A stretch of DNA of 64,000 nucleotides from a bacterium (GTDB taxonomy: Bacteria > UBA8248). Where the stretch lies: NCBI GenBank assembly GCA_965204535.1, contig CBDBEV010000001.1, forward strand, positions 2,464,001 to 2,528,000. Reading direction: 5' to 3'. The notes under the pieces were generated by a model. It saw only the letters and a list, made by a program, of their open reading frames with translations. It searched no databases and was not told where the DNA came from. Shown piece after piece: positions 59,226 through 64,000 of this stretch (position 1 is its first letter; the number at the start of each line of letters is the position of its first letter). The position numbers and the translations under genes were made by a program.

Positions 59226-61185
59226 AACTATCGGTTGGCATTTTCCACCAACGAACGGCGGTATGGGCGCAGGTTTTAATGACCCAGGAATAGCTCATTT
59301 CACAGGAGCCCCCTTAGCAAGTCTCGCACGAGAAACAATTCAGAATTCTCTCGATGCACGTCTTGCATCAGGTAACCCGGTGCGCGTGGACTTTGAACTG
59401 ATCAGCCTCAATCCCGAAATCGTTGGCCGGGACGAATTAGCAAATGCGATTACCGCATGCTTGCAAATAGCGAAAGAAAGCAATGATACAATAGCAATAG
59501 CACCTCTGGAAGAAGCGTCGCGTACCATAAACTCAAAAGCAATCCATTGTTTACGAGTGTCTGATCGTAATACGACAGGGCTACTTGGTGACCACTGGCG
59601 CAATCTCGTCAAGATGCAGGGAGTCAGCTACAAACCAGAGTTAGAAGGACAAGGCGCCGGTGGCTCTCATGGCATTGGTAAATACGCGCCATTTGCTGTC
59701 TCGGCGCTGAGGTCCGTGTTTTATTGGACCTATTTTTCTGAGGACGGTAAGAATCAAGAAAGATTCCAAGGAAAATCTGTTCTCATGTCACACTGTGGCG
59801 CGGATGGAGAAGAGACGCAAGGCACGGGCTTCTATGGATTCAAGAAAGATTGTCGAGAGTTAACTGGTCAAGAGTTAACAGAACAAGTCCCAGCCCAATT
59901 TCGCGTTTTTAATCTTGCTCGACTTCCACAACAAGGCACTAGCCTGACAATTTTGGGTTTTCGAGAGACAGACAACTGGAGGAAACGCATAGCGACGAGT
60001 GTGATTGAAAATTTTTTCTTTGCGATTGGAACCGGGAGTTTGACTGTAATTGTGGAACCAGATGATTCGAGTGATCTAATGGAGCTAGAGCGTGACACCA
60101 TTGACAAATGGTTCCAACACTTGATGGATGAAGATCCAGGAGATTCAGAGGCCGCAGCTGACGATCCACTAAGGGATGCCCAAATCTTTTGGGAATTATC
60201 CAAGGGCGAACCTATAGCGGAGAAACAAGATGGCGATCTTGGACATTGCAAGCTTTGGCTCCGCACTGATGTAGGTTTGCCCGGGAAAGTTGCGTTCGTA
60301 CGCGGGACAGGAATGCTGGTGACTACCCGACAAAAGGGCTTGATACACTTTTCTGGGTTTCGGGATTTTGCGGCACTTTGTGTGTTTGAAGACCCGGAAG
60401 GAAATGAACTGTTGCGTCGGATGGAGAATCCGCAACATGATCAGTTTGAGCCTGATCGGCTGCCCAAAGAAAAGCGAGAGCGTGGCCGTAAGGCGCTCAA
60501 ACGTGTAACCGACTGGGTAAGGAGCGAGATAAAGAAACACGCGGGACCGCCAGAGGGTGGAAAAAGGACGGTAATTTCGGAACTCTCACAGTACCTGCCA
60601 GATTACCAACCAGAAGAATCTTTCGATGATTCCAACTCAGACAAGGACGAAGGTAATAGCGAACCAGGATTTGGAGATAAGGTAGCTGTTTCACTCAAAC
60701 CGGTCCGCAGACCCGTGCCGCCTAGATTACCAGAAAATGACGGCTCAAACTCAGAGGGCGACGGCGAAGACCTTGGCAACGAGGGAGGTGCGGGAACTGG
60801 CAATAACGGCGGTGGCGAAGGTGACGGAGGGCAAGGTGAAGGAGGAGGCCAAGGCGGAACAGGAACACGCGGAGGGAGCAGCAATAAGCAAAGTGTTCCT
60901 GTCTCAGCAGTTCGGATACTTCCGATTGCGGAGCGCGAAAATTGTTGCCGTCTTAGTTTCTTGGCTGAAGCTGACGGAATTGTCCGTTTGAATCTCGCCG
61001 AGGCCGGCGATTCATCTTCCATACCACGGAATGACGTTCGCGCTATCAGCAGCAAAATCTCGCTTGATCGGATGCGCGTAAAAAACGGCCAGCGAATCGA
61101 AGTTGAAATCACTGCTGACGAACCGATTGACGGCAGAGCTTGGCGCTTATCTGCTACTCCAGTGCAGGAGAGGAATGAATCATGA
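59218..61185 (+). CDS. GHKL (HATPase/MORC-like) ATPase-domain protein
   Basis: LARETIQNSLDA, VSDRNTTGL, GGSHGIGK, GTSLTI; Gly/acidic linker near the C-terminus. Confidence 0.7.
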   Translation: MNETIGWHFPPTNGGMGAGFNDPGIAHFTGAPLASLARETIQNSLDARLASGNPVRVDFELISLNPEIVGRDELANAITACLQIAKESNDTIAIAPLEEASRTINSKAIHCLRVSDRNTTGLLGDHWRNLVKMQGVSYKPELEGQGAGGSHGIGKYAPFAVSALRSVFYWTYFSEDGKNQERFQGKSVLMSHCGADGEETQGTGFYGFKKDCRELTGQELTEQVPAQFRVFNLARLPQQGTSLTILGFRETDNWRKRIATSVIENFFFAIGTGSLTVIVEPDDSSDLMELERDTIDKWFQHLMDEDPGDSEAAADDPLRDAQIFWELSKGEPIAEKQDGDLGHCKLWLRTDVGLPGKVAFVRGTGMLVTTRQKGLIHFSGFRDFAALCVFEDPEGNELLRRMENPQHDQFEPDRLPKEKRERGRKALKRVTDWVRSEIKKHAGPPEGGKRTVISELSQYLPDYQPEESFDDSNSDKDEGNSEPGFGDKVAVSLKPVRRPVPPRLPENDGSNSEGDGEDLGNEGGAGTGNNGGGEGDGGQGEGGGQGGTGTRGGSSNKQSVPVSAVRILPIAERENCCRLSFLAEADGIVRLNLAEAGDSSSIPRNDVRAISSKISLDRMRVKNGQRIEVEITADEPIDGRAWRLSATPVQERNES

Positions 61186-62048
61186 AGTTCGACCCCGGCA
61201 AAGCTTGGCCGCATCCAGTATTGCGGCCTCCCAGCTACGGCGACGACTACCCGCGCGCGGAGTTTGAAGTCGAAATTGAAGTTAAGCGCACCATTCAGAG
61301 TACAGCTATAGAAGTAGATGCTTACTTCGAACTCAGCGAACCGAGCCTCCTTGAACTCTTGAAGCAGAACAAGGCGCAGTTTGCGTTATTGATTTGTTCT
61401 TCGCAGACGCGCTGTAGGGAGTTGCTTAAGTCTAGTCGACCTAACATCAAACATTCGTTCCCTGCCGGCTCCCTATCCGGCAGGGTGGAATTCGCTCCAT
61501 TCTTGGTTTGTATCGAAGCTCTGACAGATTTCCAAGCGGGAGGATGGCATTCTGATTTTGCTGGACGAAAATTTGATATTGAGCCAGGTGCTGTGCTTGC
61601 TGAAGACGTTCCTAAAGACTACTGGATCGATACAGCGGATGAAGCGCCGCTTGGCTCGATTTTTGGACACAGGTCGAACTCCAATATCGCAGACGGTCGT
61701 TGGGAATATCAACTGGCAGAAGATCGTATTTATATTGTGATGTCAGATACAGATTCCCGGCAATATGGAATAGCGCGGGAACAGGTCGGTAATCAACCTG
61801 AAGGGCAATACCTTATGAATGGCCTCTATTTACCCGCATTGATAGCCGTATTAAATGAAGTCGACCAAGACCCCGATGACTACAGAGATTATCGGTGGTT
61901 TGCTTCACTAGATCAGCGCCTTGAAGCTGTGGAATGTCCACCTCTTGGGGAAAATAGCTCAAACCGTTCAATAGACGCCCAAAAGATACTGGATTCGCCC
62001 TTTTTGAGGATGCCGCTGATTGCGCGTGCCGGGATGGACGATTCGTGA
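61182..62048 (+). CDS. Hypothetical protein in the Dcm/Vsr operon
   Basis: 288-aa ORF coupled to both neighbours (ATGA / GTGA overlaps); N-terminal WPHPVL...DDY. Confidence 0.75.
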   Translation: MKFDPGKAWPHPVLRPPSYGDDYPRAEFEVEIEVKRTIQSTAIEVDAYFELSEPSLLELLKQNKAQFALLICSSQTRCRELLKSSRPNIKHSFPAGSLSGRVEFAPFLVCIEALTDFQAGGWHSDFAGRKFDIEPGAVLAEDVPKDYWIDTADEAPLGSIFGHRSNSNIADGRWEYQLAEDRIYIVMSDTDSRQYGIAREQVGNQPEGQYLMNGLYLPALIAVLNEVDQDPDDYRDYRWFASLDQRLEAVECPPLGENSSNRSIDAQKILDSPFLRMPLIARAGMDDS

Positions 62049-62806
62049 TGAGGCTCCGTTATTGTACGGTCGATACACTCGAAACTCTTAGACGCACCGT
62101 CTCAGATCGTCTTGATTGGTATTACGCACCGGTCAACTCCATTCATCCAGCCTCATTTGGCGGTTTTAGAGAATCAACAATTGAAGTGCCGGAGCTTGCC
62201 GATAAACTTACTGTTGATGGTCAATCCCCTTCAGCAACTGATGCTTCCAACGCGCTGGTTGTCTACAACGCATTACGAGATTTGTCTCCGCATCAGGCGT
62301 CTATTGAACGGATGTGGGTTTATCTGTGCCATTTCGACTGTCCGCAATATGTTGCTGCACGGTGGCTTAAACAGCGCCCAGACGACAATGAGCAGGCGAC
62401 CCGCGAAATTCTAAACCACTTCTTCGCAAAGGGAAACAGGGGAATAATTCGAGATAATGGAGTTTCACGGTTATGGTGGCTAGGGAAGATAGCCTACGAC
62501 GTTGACCCCGAGCATCCGGGCGAATTCCTGACCATACTTCTGCATAGACAGGATGTTCGTTCTGCTCTGATTGAACGCCCCTCGGTGTCGATGAACCAAA
62601 AGCTTCTGCGCGCGATATATACGGTGATGCGAGAACACTGGGCGAATGGCGGAAAGTTGTTTGAGCGTGAAGCTTTTCGAAACTGGATGATCGCACTGAA
62701 CCGCAGAGGTGGCGTCGTGCTATTAGATGCCTTACCAGATAACGCCCTCGACCGATTGCTGCGTGAGGAGGCCGAACACGCCGTTAATGAGGTCGAAGCA
62801 AAGTAA
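62045..62806 (+). CDS. DUF6339-like protein
   Basis: DASNA..VY..LR.L.P.QAS.ERMW.YLCH...YV..RW...RDNGVSRLWW pattern. Confidence 0.7.
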   Translation: MMRLRYCTVDTLETLRRTVSDRLDWYYAPVNSIHPASFGGFRESTIEVPELADKLTVDGQSPSATDASNALVVYNALRDLSPHQASIERMWVYLCHFDCPQYVAARWLKQRPDDNEQATREILNHFFAKGNRGIIRDNGVSRLWWLGKIAYDVDPEHPGEFLTILLHRQDVRSALIERPSVSMNQKLLRAIYTVMREHWANGGKLFEREAFRNWMIALNRRGGVVLLDALPDNALDRLLREEAEHAVNEVEAK

Positions 62807-62812
62807 CTTAAA

Positions 62813-63262
62813 ATGACAGACAATCTAAGTCCGGAAGATCGGTCTTGGTGCATGTCTCAGATTCGTTCACAGGACATGAAACCCGAACGGATAGTCCGTT
62901 CAATGGTTCACCGCCTCGGATACCGTTTTCGGCTTCATCGACGTGGCATGCCCGGCAGACCCGACTTGGTTCTTCCCCGCCACCGTGCGGTGATCTTCGT
63001 CAACGGTTGCTTCTGGCATTGGCACCCGGACCCGAATTGCCCGATTGCGGGGCTGCCTAAGTCTAATCTTGCTTATTGGAAGCCAAAGCTGGAGCGAACC
63101 CGGATTCGAGATCGAGAAAACACTGCTTCTCTGGAAGCCGACGGTTGGAGGGTCTTGACCGTGTGGGAGTGCCATCTACGGCGCCCCGACGATGTTCTGT
63201 CCACGATACGTGAATTTCTCGAAAGCGAAAAGGACAATTTGCCGAACGAGAGAGCCATCTAA
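62813..63262 (+). CDS. vsr: Very short patch repair endonuclease Vsr
   Basis: RSWCMSQIRS, PGRPDLV, FVNGCFWH, VWEC. Confidence 0.95.
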   Translation: MTDNLSPEDRSWCMSQIRSQDMKPERIVRSMVHRLGYRFRLHRRGMPGRPDLVLPRHRAVIFVNGCFWHWHPDPNCPIAGLPKSNLAYWKPKLERTRIRDRENTASLEADGWRVLTVWECHLRRPDDVLSTIREFLESEKDNLPNERAI

Positions 63263-63394
63263 AAGTTCTACTGTCTCTTGATACAGCCGCGTACCCCCCC
63301 CCGATTTCGTGGACAAACGACGCCCGAGCATGTAGATTGACGGCTCATTCATCGACTTATCATTTCGCGGTTCTCTTCTCATCAGGAGCAAGCC

Positions 63395-64000
63395 ATGGCG
63401 GAAGCCAAAGACATGGGCGGCGCCGTAGTCGGGGAATCCCTTCCCTTCCTGGACGACCCCGAAAAGGCGGCGGGCACAGCGGATTATCTCGACGACCTCC
63501 AGCTTCCGGGGATGCTGGTCGGCAAGGCGCTTCGCAGCGAACACGCGCACGCCGAGATAGTATCGGTCGACGCGAGCGAGGCGCTGCGCGTCCCCGGCGT
63601 CGTCGCCGTTCTCACGGGAGACGACCTGGCCGAGCATCCCTGCATCACCGCCCATAATCGCGCCATGCCCGTCATCGCCCATGACAGGGTGCGCTACACG
63701 GGCGAGGTGGTCGCCCTCGTCGCGGCGGAAACGCTAGAGGCGGCCGAGGCGGCGACGCGGCTGATACAGGTCGAATACCGCCCCCTGCCCGTCGTCTCCT
63801 GTCCGCGCGAGGCGATGGAAGAGGGCGCGGAAATCATCTTCCCCGGCGGCAACGTGCTCAACCAGGCGAAGATACGGAAAGGGGATATCGAGGAGGGCTT
63901 CGGGAAGGCCGACGTGATCGTCGAGAACGAATACTCCACGCCCGCCGTTGATCACCTCTATCTCGAAGTGGAGGCGGCCTGCGCGAGCCCGAACCCCGGC
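63395..64000 (+). CDS. Xanthine dehydrogenase-family molybdopterin-binding subunit, N-terminal part (runs off the window)
   Basis: Manual translation: MAEAKDMGGAVVGESLPFLDDPEKAAGTADYLDDLQLPGML...RSEHAHAEI...PGVVAVLT...VRYTGEVVALVAAE. Confidence 0.88.
   Translation, partial: MAEAKDMGGAVVGESLPFLDDPEKAAGTADYLDDLQLPGMLVGKALRSEHAHAEIVSVDASEALRVPGVVAVLTGDDLAEHPCITAHNRAMPVIAHDRVRYTGEVVALVAAETLEAAEAATRLIQVEYRPLPVVSCPREAMEEGAEIIFPGGNVLNQAKIRKGDIEEGFGKADVIVENEYSTPAVDHLYLEVEAACASPNPG

Noticed and set aside
60737-60885. Gly-rich stretch as a tandem repeat or separate element
   Set aside because: It is an in-frame low-complexity linker of the GHKL-like protein.

Overview
High-GC bacterial chromosome segment with several AT-richer accessory inserts. 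Core content: queG, membrane and transport genes (AEC, TVP38/DedA, NitT/TauT-type ABC, sugar-type ABC, TauE/SafE), a PLP histidine-decarboxylase-like gene, tRNA-Phe, and two respiratory complex I operons in tandem. The first is a complete nuoA-N. The second (nuoABCDHJKLMN) lacks nuoEFG and nuoI, and its NuoL carries the 26-residue lateral-helix duplication typical of '2M' complexes although it has only one nuoM. Accessory content: (i) a 4,443-bp IS1595-family element (perfect 24-bp TIRs, 8-bp TSD) carrying a secreted metzincin, a coiled-coil membrane protein, three aberrant tRNA-like genes and two promoter-linked structured non-coding segments; (ii) a five-gene operon, Dcm - GHKL-like ATPase - hypothetical - DUF6339-like - Vsr, that looks like an uncharacterised restriction-modification-like defence system; (iii) an IS66-type element carrying a DUF4338 gene, nested inside palindromic repeats; (iv) a solo AbiV-like gene; (v) a DUF5678-like/retropepsin gene pair. 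Also present are an OsmC-like selenoprotein that the ORF track splits at an in-frame UGA, a sigma54-driven sRNA candidate, and many REP/MITE-like repeats. All family calls come from recognising motifs by eye; no database searches were run.
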